From Candidatus Latescibacterota bacterium (lineage in GTDB: Bacteria; Latescibacterota; UBA2968), in contig OZ244960.1 in assembly GCA_965222605.1 (NCBI GenBank), positions 864,001 through 928,000 on the forward strand: a stretch of 64,000 bases of DNA. Reading direction: 5' to 3'. Every line of letters begins with the position of its first letter. Position 1 is the stretch's first letter. Positions 55,801-64,000 of the stretch are shown in pieces. The translations under genes were made by a program, and so were the position numbers. The notes beneath the pieces are model-generated. The model was not told the origin of the DNA. It searched no databases and saw only the letters and a program-made list of their open reading frames with translations.

Positions 55801-56205
55801 TCCTTTTCACCCGATGGGACGCTACTATCTTCCGGGTCTTTGGATGGCACGGTCCTCCTGTGGGACATTGCGACGGAAAACGCCACCATTCTTGAGGGAC
55901 ATAAGGACAACGTCTTTTCCGTGGCGTTTTCCCCAGATGGAATGCTGCTATCTTCCGGATCAGGGGATGGCACAATTCTGTTGTGGGATATGTCGCCGTA
56001 TATCACACCTTCAACCCCTACGCCAGCCCCTACACCTGACTTTAATGGCGATGGAACTGTTGGTATTCCCGACTTTTTGCTATTTGTAGAGCACTTCGGG
56101 GTAAGTCAAGGGGCTGCGGGGTATGATGCACGATACGATCTGGATGGCGACGGCACAATTGGGGTGGGTGATTTTCTGATCTTTATCGATGCCTTCGGCA
56201 AATAA
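52891..56205 (+). CDS. Secreted WD40 protein: 7 WD40 + Big_1-like Ig domain + 14 WD40 + PT linker + dockerin-like double EF-hand
   Basis: Signal peptide MQKFILYSTFF...SRA; 21 GH...SVAFSPDG.LLASGS.DGTI.LWD repeats; ISGDNQQG...VEVRDQ; DFNGDGTVGIPDFL and DLDGDGTIGVGDFL. Confidence 0.93.
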   Translation: MQKFILYSTFFILVLLLFVRDSRAQNALTGHTNAVESVAFSQDGALLASGSRDGTIKLWNATTRQNTDTFDGHTDVVSAVAFAPDGTLLASGSSVDGTVKLWNVLAGTNIAILEEHTDVVSAVAFTSDGILLASGSVNGAILLWDVATKTATNLKGQPVSSIAFSQDGTLLASGSANGTILLWDVATGTNIATFDEHTDDVSSVAFSQDGTLLASGSDDNTVKLWDVQAGTNITTLEEHTDAVSSVAFSQDGTVLSSGSVDGMVTLWNVGKRKQITTLEEHRDAIRSVAFSSDGTLLASGSLDGRILLWNVSEWTRPRPDILRKISGDNQQGTPRAILANPLIVEVRDQNDNPLSDVQVTFRVTAGAGKLSGRFTIEYATTDANGHAERSLTLGPNPGTNTVEVSIVGRDPETFNAISIGTPAVPSLDGDYPTWHVPDGAIARLGKGPIGTGDKAVAFSPNGQSLAVASGIGVWLYDVATSRELMLLPSASAVSSVAFSRDGMQLASGSVDGTVALWDIATGQNTDTFEARRGNISPVAFSQYETLTASRSVESVAFSPDGTLIASGRKDGTVVLWDIATGNATTLEGHTDWVSSVAFSRQGVLASGSLDRTIKLWDIATGQNTDTFEAHRGNVLSVAFSPDGTILASGSGDGTVVLWNIATENAIILEGHTDDVSSVSFSPDGTILSSGSDDNTIKLWNVQARKNTATFEKHTDNVSSVSLSQDEDGTLLLASGSLDGAILLWDAATGNASTLEGHTQAVSSVSFSPNEDETLLASGSLDGTILLWDTARREQITTLDGYSGDVFSVSFSPDGRLIASGSLDGTILLWDIATGNTTTLEGQAVSSVAFSPDEDETLLASGSVDGTILLWDIATGNTTTLKGQAVSSIAFSPDGTILASGSLDGTILLWDIATENTTSLEGHTQVVSSMAFSQDEDGLLASGSVDGTILLWDVATRTTTATLKGQAVSSVSFSPDGTLLSSGSLDGTVLLWDIATENATILEGHKDNVFSVAFSPDGMLLSSGSGDGTILLWDMSPYITPSTPTPAPTPDFNGDGTVGIPDFLLFVEHFGVSQGAAGYDARYDLDGDGTIGVGDFLIFIDAFGK

Positions 56206-56283
56206 GGATCCTCGAATTAACAACTGCTCTAATCGCGGACCAAATGTTAGCCCTGAGTGGCAAAACTATCTACACGGTTAATC

Positions 56284-59200
56284 ATGAAACCTCCCGTTAA
56301 ATTTCTCTCCTTCATACTTGGCATCACCAGTCTGCTGAGCCTGATATTCTTGATTTACCCGCGATCACTATCCCCACAGACCAGCAACTTAGCCTTAGAG
56401 ACCGCTGCGCCACCTTCTCTCGACTTTGACGGCAGTGGGATTGTGGATTTTCCCGACTTTTTGATGTTTATAAGCGCGTTTGGATCCGAGGAGGGCCAGA
56501 ATAAGTACAATGCAAAATACGATCTCAATAGCGATGGCAAAATTGCCTTTGAAGACTTTCTAATTTTAACCGACAACTTTGGAAAAAACATTGTAGCACA
56601 AAAGTCTCCAACGTCATCGGATCAGGACGCGAGCACGACTCAAAGCATGGCGGAGAACACGGGGACCACCGGTGCGACATTGCCTGTTACCGCGTTGGAT
56701 GAATCGGTTGTCGCATCAACACCACAGCCATTGACAGAAGCGACATTGGATGGCAGTGTGGTCAAACTGACCCTGAGCAGTGCTGCTTACGAGTCGTTTA
56801 TCTTCGACATTCGAGATAACGTGAAGGTATCGGGTATTGCTGGGGTTACCTTTGACAGTTTCTTCGATGTAGATCGCGTGAGCGATACAGTGGTAACCGT
56901 TGAGCTTACATTCAGTGGGAATATGACCACCGATGGCACGCTGATTTTCACCGTGGGAGCAGGTGCCATAGCCAACTACAGTGGCTCTGCACTCACTGCG
57001 ACATTGTCCGTTACCGCGCTGGAGGAATCGGTGGTCGCGTCAACACCACAGCCATTGACAGAAGCGACATTGAATGGCAGTGTGGTCACCCTGACCCTGA
57101 CAGGACGTTCTTATGAGCGGTCCGTGTTCGACATTAGTGATGCGGTGAAAGTATCAGGCATTTCCGGGGTTACCTTTGACGGTTTCTTCGATATAGATCG
57201 CGAGAGCGATACAGAGGTAACCGTTGAGCTTACATTCAGTGGGAATATGACCACCAATGGCACACTGACCTTCACGGTAGAGGCAGCTGCCATAGCGGGC
57301 TACAATGGTCCCGCACTCACTGCGACATTGCCCGTTACCGCTGGCCCTGGTAATGGAAGCCAACCACCACAACCACCGCCACCGGGCGGGGGCACGCCCA
57401 CTGGAAGTCCCGATCTAATTGTCGAATCGCCTACAGTCAGCGATAGTAGTCCGGGTCCAGAAGCTTACTTCACACTAAGTGCGACTGTTCGCAATCAGGG
57501 CGGCAGTCGGTCTGACTTTACGACATTGCGCTATTATCTATCAACCGATGAGACTATCACGACAGGTGATACGGAAGTAGATACGGACTTCGTGAGCCGC
57601 CTTGACGCTTCTGAAACCAGTGATGAGTCTGCTCGTTTGACAGCACCGTCGAGTGAGGGCACATATTACTACGGTGCCTGTGTCGAGTCTGTGTCTGGCG
57701 AATCCGACACAGGTAACAACTGCTCCGATGCAGTGCGTGTCACTGTTACTGGTTCTGACTTAGTCGTTGAATCGCCTTCGGTCGATAATAACACCCCGGG
57801 ACCGGGGGAGTCTTTCTACCTGAGTGCGACTGTTCGCAATCAGGGCGGCAGTCGGTCTGACTTTACGACATTGCGCTATTATCTGTCAACCGATGAGACT
57901 ATCACGACAGGTGATACGGAAGTAGATACGGACTTCGTGAGCCGCCTTGACGCTTCTGAAACCAGCGATGAGTCTGCTCGTTTGACAGCACCGTCGAGTG
58001 AGGGCACATATTACTACGGTGCCTGTGTCGAGTCTGTGTCTGGCGAATCCGACACAGGTAACAACTGCTCCGGTGCTGTCGCCATCACTATTACTGGTTC
58101 TGACTTAGTCGTTGAAGCACCCACAGTCAGCGAAGACATCCTGGGGCCAGAGGAATACTTCAGGCTAAGCACCACTGTTCGCAATCAGGGTGGCAGTCGA
58201 TCTGCCTCTACGACATTGCACTATTATCTGTCAACCGATGAGACCATTACGACAGGTGATACGGAAATAGAAACCAGCTACGTTAGCTCCCTTGATCCTT
58301 CTGAAACCAGCGATGAGAGGGCTTATTTGGACGCCCCGTTGAGCGAGGGCAAGTATTACTATGGCGCCTGTGTCGAGAGCGTCACTGGAGAGAGTAATAC
58401 GGGTAACAACTGCTCCAGTGCTGTCACTGTCACTGTTAGTGGTTCTGACTTAGTCGTTGAATCGCCTTCGGTCAGTGATAATACCCTTTCGTCAGGGCAA
58501 TCCTTCTACCTGAATGCGACGGTTCGCAATCAGGGTGGCAGTCGATCTGCTTCTACGACATTGCGCTATTATCTGTCAACGAATGAGACGATCAATACGA
58601 GCGATACGGAAGTAGATACGGACTATGTGAGTTTCCTTGACGCTTCTGAAAGTAGTGATGAGTCTGCTCGTTTGGCGGCCCCTTCGGGTGAGGGCACGTA
58701 CTATTACGGTGCCTGTGTCGAGGCAGTCACTGGCGAATCCGACACAGGTAACAACTGCTCCAATGCTGTCGCCGTGACCGTAGCTCGCACGATCAGTACC
58801 AATCAGCCACCGACTTTCAGCGAGGGTTCGAGCACCACGCGCAGCTTGCACGAGAACACGACAGGGACACAGGATATCGGGAACCCGGTGCGTGCGACAG
58901 ATAGCGACCATGACAGGCTGACCTACAGCCTTGAAGGTACGGATATAGGGAGTTTCAGCATTACCTCAACCACCGGTCAGATCAGAACCCTATCGAGTGT
59001 AACGTACGACTATGAGACAAAAAGTAGCTATTCAGTGAGGGTGCGGGTAGATGACAGTCAAGGTGGCAGCGCGATCATTGCTGTGAGGATCACCCTGACC
59101 GATGAGAACGAATCGCCACACAGACCTGCTGCGCCCACAGTGACCGCCTCAACGTTGAATAGCCTGAGTGTGCGTTGGACGGCACCGAATAACACCGGAC

Positions 59201-62200
59201 CTGCGATTAGCGACTACGATGTGCGCTACAAAGCGAACAATGGCAGTTTCACCAATTGGAACCACAGCGGCAGTAGCGCGACCACCACGATCACCGGCTT
59301 GACCGCGAATACCCGTTATGAAGTACAGGTGCGAGCGCGCAACGCCGAAGGGGACAGCCCCTGGTCCCCATCAGTTCATGGGACGACCACAGCCAATCAA
59401 GCACCCACGTTCAGCGAAGGTTCGAGCACCACGCGCAGATTGTACGAAAATACGACAGAGATGCAGAATATCGGAAATCCTGTGACGGCAACCGACAGCG
59501 ACGGAGGCACGTTGACCTATAGCCTTGAAGGCACAGATGCGGGGAGTTTTACTATTGTCTCGGATAGCGGTCAACTCAGGACCCAATCGGGTGTGATGTA
59601 TGACTATGAGACAAAGGACAGCTATTCGGTGACGATGCGAGTCGAGGACGGCAAAGGCGGCAGTGCGACCATTGAGGTAGAGATCACCCTGACCGATGAG
59701 AACGAACCACCGCACAGACCCAATGCGCCAACAGTGACAGTTCCGACATTGAATAGCCTGAGTGTGCGTTGGACAGCACCAGATAATACCGGACCTGTCA
59801 TCAGCGACTACGATGTGCGCTACAAAGCGAGCGGTGGCAATTTCACCAACTGGCCCCATACGGGCACGGGCACAAGCACGACAATCAGGAATTTGACCGC
59901 GAATACGCGTTACGAGGTGCAGGTGCGGGCGATCAATGACGAAGGCACGGGCGATTGGTCGCCATCGGTTAACGGAACAACCACTGCCAATCAGGCACCT
60001 GAGTTCAGTGAGAATTTGCCGACGCGCAACGTTGTCGAGAACACGACAGGGACACAGAATATCGGAAATCCTGTGACGGCAACCGACAGCGACGGAGGTA
60101 CGCTGACCTACGGCCTTGAAGGCTCGGATGCCGGGAGTTTTACTATTGTTTCGACCAGCGGTCAACTCAGGACTCAATCGGGTGTGATGTATGACTATGA
60201 GACAAAGGACAGCTATTCGGTGACGATGCGGGTGGAGGACGGACAAGGCGGCAGTGCGACCATTGAGGTGGAGATCACCCTCACCGATGAGAACGAACCA
60301 CCGGGCAGACCCACCCTGCCCCTGATGACGGCCTCGACATTGAATAGCCTGAGTGTGCGTTGGACAGCACCGGATAACACCGGACCTGTGATTAGCGACT
60401 ACGATGTGCAGTACAGGGAAGCAGGAGGCAATTTCGCCAACTGGCCCCATACGGGCAAGGGTCTGACTACAACGATCGCGGGTCTGACCACAGGTACGAC
60501 CTACGAAGTGCAGGTGCGGGCGATCAATGATGAAGGCACGGGCGACTGGTCGCCATCGGTTAACGGAACAACCACTGCCAATCAGGCACCCACATTCAGC
60601 GGTTCGAGCACCACGCGTAGCGTTGCCGAGAACACGACAGGGACACAGAATATCGGAAATCCTGTGACGGCAACCGACAGCGACGGAGGCACGCTGACCT
60701 ATAGCCTCGAAGGCACGGATGCAGGGAGTTTCAGCATCATCTCAACCACAGGTCAACTCAGGACCCAATCGGGTGTGATGTATGACTATGAGACAAAGGA
60801 CAGCTATTTGGTGACGGTGCGAGCCGAGGACGGTCAAGGCGGCAGTGCAACCATTGAGGTGGAGATCACCCTCACCGATGAGAACGAACCACCGCACAGA
60901 CCCAATGCGCCGACAGTGACAGCCTCAACGTCGAATAGCATGAGTGTGCGTTGGACAGTACCGGATAACACCGGACCTGTGATCAGCGACTACGATGTGC
61001 AGTACAGGGAAGCAGGAGGCAATTTCACCAACTGGTCGCATACTGGCACGGGCACAACCACGACGATCACAGGTCTGACCACGGACACGACCTACGAGGT
61101 GCAGGTGCGGGCGATCAATGACGAAGGCACGGGCGACTGGTCGCCATCGGTTAACGGAACAACCTCTGCCAATCAAGCACCCGCGTTCAATGAGAATTTG
61201 CCGACGCGCAGCATTGCCGAGAACACGACAGGGACACAGAATATCGGGAATCCAGTAACGGCAACCGACAGCGACGGAGGCACGCTGACCTACAGCCTCG
61301 AAGGCACGGATGCCGGGAGTTTCAGCATCATCTCGGATAGCGGTCAACTCAGGACCCAATCGGGTGTGATGTATGACTATGAGACAAAGGACAGCTATTT
61401 GGTGACGGTGCGAGTCGAGGACGGTCAAGGTGGCAGTGCGACCATTGAGGTGGAGATCACCCTCACCGATGAGAATGAACCACCGGGCAGACCCAATGCG
61501 CCGACAGTGACAGCCTCAACGTCGAATAGCATGAGTGTGCGTTGGACGGCACCGGATAACACTGGACCTGTGATCAGCGACTACGATGTGCGCTACAAAG
61601 CGAGTAGTGGCAATTTCACCAACTGGCCCCATACGGGCACGGGCACAAGCACGACGATCACGGGTCTGACCACGGACACGACCTACGAGGTGCAGGTGCG
61701 GGCGATCAATGATGAAGGCACGGGCGACTGGTCGCCATCGGTTAACGGAACAACCACCGCCAATCAGGCACCTGAGTTCAGTGAGAATTTGCCGACGCGC
61801 AGCATTGCCGAGAACACGGCGGCGGGACAGGACATCGGGAGTCCTGTGATCGCGACGGACAGCGACGGAGGCACGCTGACCTATAGCCTCGAAGGCAGGG
61901 ATGCCAGAGCATTCACCATCGTCTCGGATAGCGGTCAACTCAGGACCCAATCGGGTGTGATGTATGACTATGAGACAAAGGACAGCTATTTGGTGACGGT
62001 GCGAGTCGAGGACGGTCAAGGTGGCAGTGCGACCATTGAGGTGGAGATCACCCTCACCGATGAGAACGAACCACCGGGCAGACCCAACGCGCCAACAGTG
62101 ACAGCCTCAACGTCGAATAGTTTGAGTGTGCGTTGGACAGCACCGGATAACACTGGACCTGTGATTACTGACTACGATGTGCGCTACAAAGCGAGCAGTG

Positions 62201-64000
62201 GCAATTTCACCAACTGGCCCCATACGGGCAAGGGCCTGACTACAACGATCACGGGTCTGACCACGGACACGACCTACGAGGTGCAGGTGCGGGCGATCAA
62301 TGATGAAGGCACGGGCGACTGGTCAATCTCGGGCGAGGGTACGACCCAGAGGGTTTCCATTCCACAGCCGACGATCAATTCGGTGCCAATGCGACAAGGA
62401 GAAGTGGCTCGCGCGCTGATCACTGTGGGTAAGGCGCAAAAGTGGTACTCCCGGGCGGGTACTGAAAATATCGGATCGGCCATTGGAGACCTCCTCATCT
62501 TCGACGGCGTGAACGATCTGAACATAGATAGGATTTGGTGGTACAACGAAGCCGACTTTCGCCTCAATCGGAATCCACTGGACCAATCTCTCGGTGGACA
62601 GGCTGACTTTAACGGATACTTCGGCTCCGGCGGACCGGGAGAGAATAAGCTGGTCTATCTCGCCACGCCTTACGGAGACCTGGCGTTGAATATCTCGGTC
62701 CACAGATCAATAGGGCCTCACTATCTGAACATCACACCCAGTGCTTCGGATGTGGCTACGCTCAATCAGGTGAGGGCCAATGATCGCGTGAATTTCGTGA
62801 TTGCAGACCCGGTTATCACTACCAACAAAGCACCAGTGTTCAGCGATGTTGGGAGCACCATGCGCAGCGTTGTCGAGAATACAGCGGCGGGACAGGACAT
62901 CGGGAGTCCTGTGATCGCGACGGACAGCGACGGAGGCACGCTGACCTACAGCCTCGAAGGCACGGATGCCGGGAGTTTTACTATTGTCTCGACCAGCGGT
63001 CAGCTTCAGACCGCGGCGGGCGTGACCTATGACTATGAGACAAAGGACAGCTATTCGGTGACGGTACGTGCAGACGACGGTCAAGGCGGCAGCGCGACCA
63101 TTGCCGTGAGGATCACCCTGACCGATGAGAACGAACCACCGGGCAGGCCCAACGCGCCAACAGTGACAGCCTCAACGTCGAATAGCTTGAGTCTGACATG
63201 GACAGAACCGATGAATACCGGGTCAGACATCACCGATTACGATGTGCGCTACAAAGCGAGCGGTGGTAGTTTCATGGACTGGCCACATACGGGCGCGAGC
63301 CTGAGCACGGCCATCACGAATTTGCCCATGGGCACAACCTACGAGGTGCAGGTGCGGGCGGTCAATGACGAAGGCACGGGCGATTGGTCGCCATCGGTTA
63401 ACGGAACAACCACCGTCAATCAAGCCCCCACGTTCAGTAGTTCGAGCACGACACGCAGCATTGCCGAGAACACAGCGGCGGGACAGGACATTGGAAATCC
63501 TGTGATCGCGACGGACAGCGACGGAGGTACGCTAACCTACAGCCTCGAAGGCACTGATACGGAGAGTTTTAGCATCGTTTCGACCACCGGTCAGCTTCGG
63601 ACCAGGACAAATGTGACGTACGACTATGAGACAAAGGACAGCTATTCGGTAACAGTGCGGGCAGATGACGGTCAAGGTGGCAGCGCGACCATTGCCGCGA
63701 GAATCACCCTTACCGATGAGAACGAACCTCCTGAAGCCCTGGCCACACCAACAGTCACGGCAATCTCGCCTACGAGCCTGAAGGTAACATGGGCAGCACC
63801 GCCGAACACCGGGCCTGCAGTCACTGACTACGATTTGCAATACCGCACAGGCAGCAGCGGCAATTTCGCCGAATGGTCTCACACCGGCATCGGCACGACC
63901 ACCACGATCACCGGCTTGACCACGGGCACGACCTACGAGGTGCAGGTTCGGGCGATCAATGACGAAGGCACAGGCGATTGGTCCTCATCGGGCAACGGGA
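56284..64000 (+). CDS. Giant modular surface protein/adhesin, >2570 aa, 3' incomplete: signal, dockerin-like, 2x 108-aa Ig-like, Pro linker, 4x CARDB, 6x (cadherin+FN3), unique domain, >=2x (cadherin+FN3)
   Basis: Frame 1 is open from ATG 56284 to the window end, which is why it is absent from the ORF track. Repeats start at 56701/57025; ~57412/57757/58102/58447; 58801, 59395, 59989, 60580, 61171, 61762, 62824, 63418. Motifs: ENT...ATDSDGGTLTYSL...YDYE...LTDENE and YDVRY...YEVQVRAINDEG. Confidence 0.93.
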   Translation, partial: MKPPVKFLSFILGITSLLSLIFLIYPRSLSPQTSNLALETAAPPSLDFDGSGIVDFPDFLMFISAFGSEEGQNKYNAKYDLNSDGKIAFEDFLILTDNFGKNIVAQKSPTSSDQDASTTQSMAENTGTTGATLPVTALDESVVASTPQPLTEATLDGSVVKLTLSSAAYESFIFDIRDNVKVSGIAGVTFDSFFDVDRVSDTVVTVELTFSGNMTTDGTLIFTVGAGAIANYSGSALTATLSVTALEESVVASTPQPLTEATLNGSVVTLTLTGRSYERSVFDISDAVKVSGISGVTFDGFFDIDRESDTEVTVELTFSGNMTTNGTLTFTVEAAAIAGYNGPALTATLPVTAGPGNGSQPPQPPPPGGGTPTGSPDLIVESPTVSDSSPGPEAYFTLSATVRNQGGSRSDFTTLRYYLSTDETITTGDTEVDTDFVSRLDASETSDESARLTAPSSEGTYYYGACVESVSGESDTGNNCSDAVRVTVTGSDLVVESPSVDNNTPGPGESFYLSATVRNQGGSRSDFTTLRYYLSTDETITTGDTEVDTDFVSRLDASETSDESARLTAPSSEGTYYYGACVESVSGESDTGNNCSGAVAITITGSDLVVEAPTVSEDILGPEEYFRLSTTVRNQGGSRSASTTLHYYLSTDETITTGDTEIETSYVSSLDPSETSDERAYLDAPLSEGKYYYGACVESVTGESNTGNNCSSAVTVTVSGSDLVVESPSVSDNTLSSGQSFYLNATVRNQGGSRSASTTLRYYLSTNETINTSDTEVDTDYVSFLDASESSDESARLAAPSGEGTYYYGACVEAVTGESDTGNNCSNAVAVTVARTISTNQPPTFSEGSSTTRSLHENTTGTQDIGNPVRATDSDHDRLTYSLEGTDIGSFSITSTTGQIRTLSSVTYDYETKSSYSVRVRVDDSQGGSAIIAVRITLTDENESPHRPAAPTVTASTLNSLSVRWTAPNNTGPAISDYDVRYKANNGSFTNWNHSGSSATTTITGLTANTRYEVQVRARNAEGDSPWSPSVHGTTTANQAPTFSEGSSTTRRLYENTTEMQNIGNPVTATDSDGGTLTYSLEGTDAGSFTIVSDSGQLRTQSGVMYDYETKDSYSVTMRVEDGKGGSATIEVEITLTDENEPPHRPNAPTVTVPTLNSLSVRWTAPDNTGPVISDYDVRYKASGGNFTNWPHTGTGTSTTIRNLTANTRYEVQVRAINDEGTGDWSPSVNGTTTANQAPEFSENLPTRNVVENTTGTQNIGNPVTATDSDGGTLTYGLEGSDAGSFTIVSTSGQLRTQSGVMYDYETKDSYSVTMRVEDGQGGSATIEVEITLTDENEPPGRPTLPLMTASTLNSLSVRWTAPDNTGPVISDYDVQYREAGGNFANWPHTGKGLTTTIAGLTTGTTYEVQVRAINDEGTGDWSPSVNGTTTANQAPTFSGSSTTRSVAENTTGTQNIGNPVTATDSDGGTLTYSLEGTDAGSFSIISTTGQLRTQSGVMYDYETKDSYLVTVRAEDGQGGSATIEVEITLTDENEPPHRPNAPTVTASTSNSMSVRWTVPDNTGPVISDYDVQYREAGGNFTNWSHTGTGTTTTITGLTTDTTYEVQVRAINDEGTGDWSPSVNGTTSANQAPAFNENLPTRSIAENTTGTQNIGNPVTATDSDGGTLTYSLEGTDAGSFSIISDSGQLRTQSGVMYDYETKDSYLVTVRVEDGQGGSATIEVEITLTDENEPPGRPNAPTVTASTSNSMSVRWTAPDNTGPVISDYDVRYKASSGNFTNWPHTGTGTSTTITGLTTDTTYEVQVRAINDEGTGDWSPSVNGTTTANQAPEFSENLPTRSIAENTAAGQDIGSPVIATDSDGGTLTYSLEGRDARAFTIVSDSGQLRTQSGVMYDYETKDSYLVTVRVEDGQGGSATIEVEITLTDENEPPGRPNAPTVTASTSNSLSVRWTAPDNTGPVITDYDVRYKASSGNFTNWPHTGKGLTTTITGLTTDTTYEVQVRAINDEGTGDWSISGEGTTQRVSIPQPTINSVPMRQGEVARALITVGKAQKWYSRAGTENIGSAIGDLLIFDGVNDLNIDRIWWYNEADFRLNRNPLDQSLGGQADFNGYFGSGGPGENKLVYLATPYGDLALNISVHRSIGPHYLNITPSASDVATLNQVRANDRVNFVIADPVITTNKAPVFSDVGSTMRSVVENTAAGQDIGSPVIATDSDGGTLTYSLEGTDAGSFTIVSTSGQLQTAAGVTYDYETKDSYSVTVRADDGQGGSATIAVRITLTDENEPPGRPNAPTVTASTSNSLSLTWTEPMNTGSDITDYDVRYKASGGSFMDWPHTGASLSTAITNLPMGTTYEVQVRAVNDEGTGDWSPSVNGTTTVNQAPTFSSSSTTRSIAENTAAGQDIGNPVIATDSDGGTLTYSLEGTDTESFSIVSTTGQLRTRTNVTYDYETKDSYSVTVRADDGQGGSATIAARITLTDENEPPEALATPTVTAISPTSLKVTWAAPPNTGPAVTDYDLQYRTGSSGNFAEWSHTGIGTTTTITGLTTGTTYEVQVRAINDEGTGDWSSSGNG

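Noticed and set aside
53013-56006. Repetitive minus-strand ORFs (291, 233 and 315 aa)
   Set aside because: Antisense mirrors of the WD40 repeats.
56355-63882. Many minus-strand ORFs suggesting a gene cluster
   Set aside because: All are shadows of the single + strand adhesin frame.

Overview
64-kb bacterial chromosomal window. No rRNA, tRNA, CRISPR array, integrase or transposase was recognised. The gene content (three PhyH dioxygenases, nitrile hydratase, sulfatase, fucosidase, WD40/cadherin/FN3/CARDB proteins with dockerin-like double EF-hand tags) suggests a diderm FCB-group-like organism, plausibly a sponge-associated Latescibacterota; this is inference only. 1-44.7 kb is mostly metabolic and transport genes: a Co-type nitrile hydratase operon, mdh, msrA, manA, prlC, an RND pump, an M16 peptidase pair and a fucosidase/TonB-receptor cluster. 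It is interrupted at 33.5-36.7 kb by a toxin-antitoxin/nuclease hotspot built from short repeated modules. 44.7-64 kb is an accessory surface-protein locus and the best candidate for an undescribed system. It holds a PorT-like beta-barrel, an atypical receiver-AraC regulator with duplicated promoter modules, and a tandem array of eight paralogous small exported proteins (mostly lipoproteins; one frameshifted) that share a scaffold with one hypervariable insert, plus an SmpA/BamE-like lipoprotein. These are followed by a 21-repeat WD40 protein and a >2570-aa modular adhesin that runs off the window and is missing from the ORF track. All calls come from reading motifs by eye; no database searches were run.
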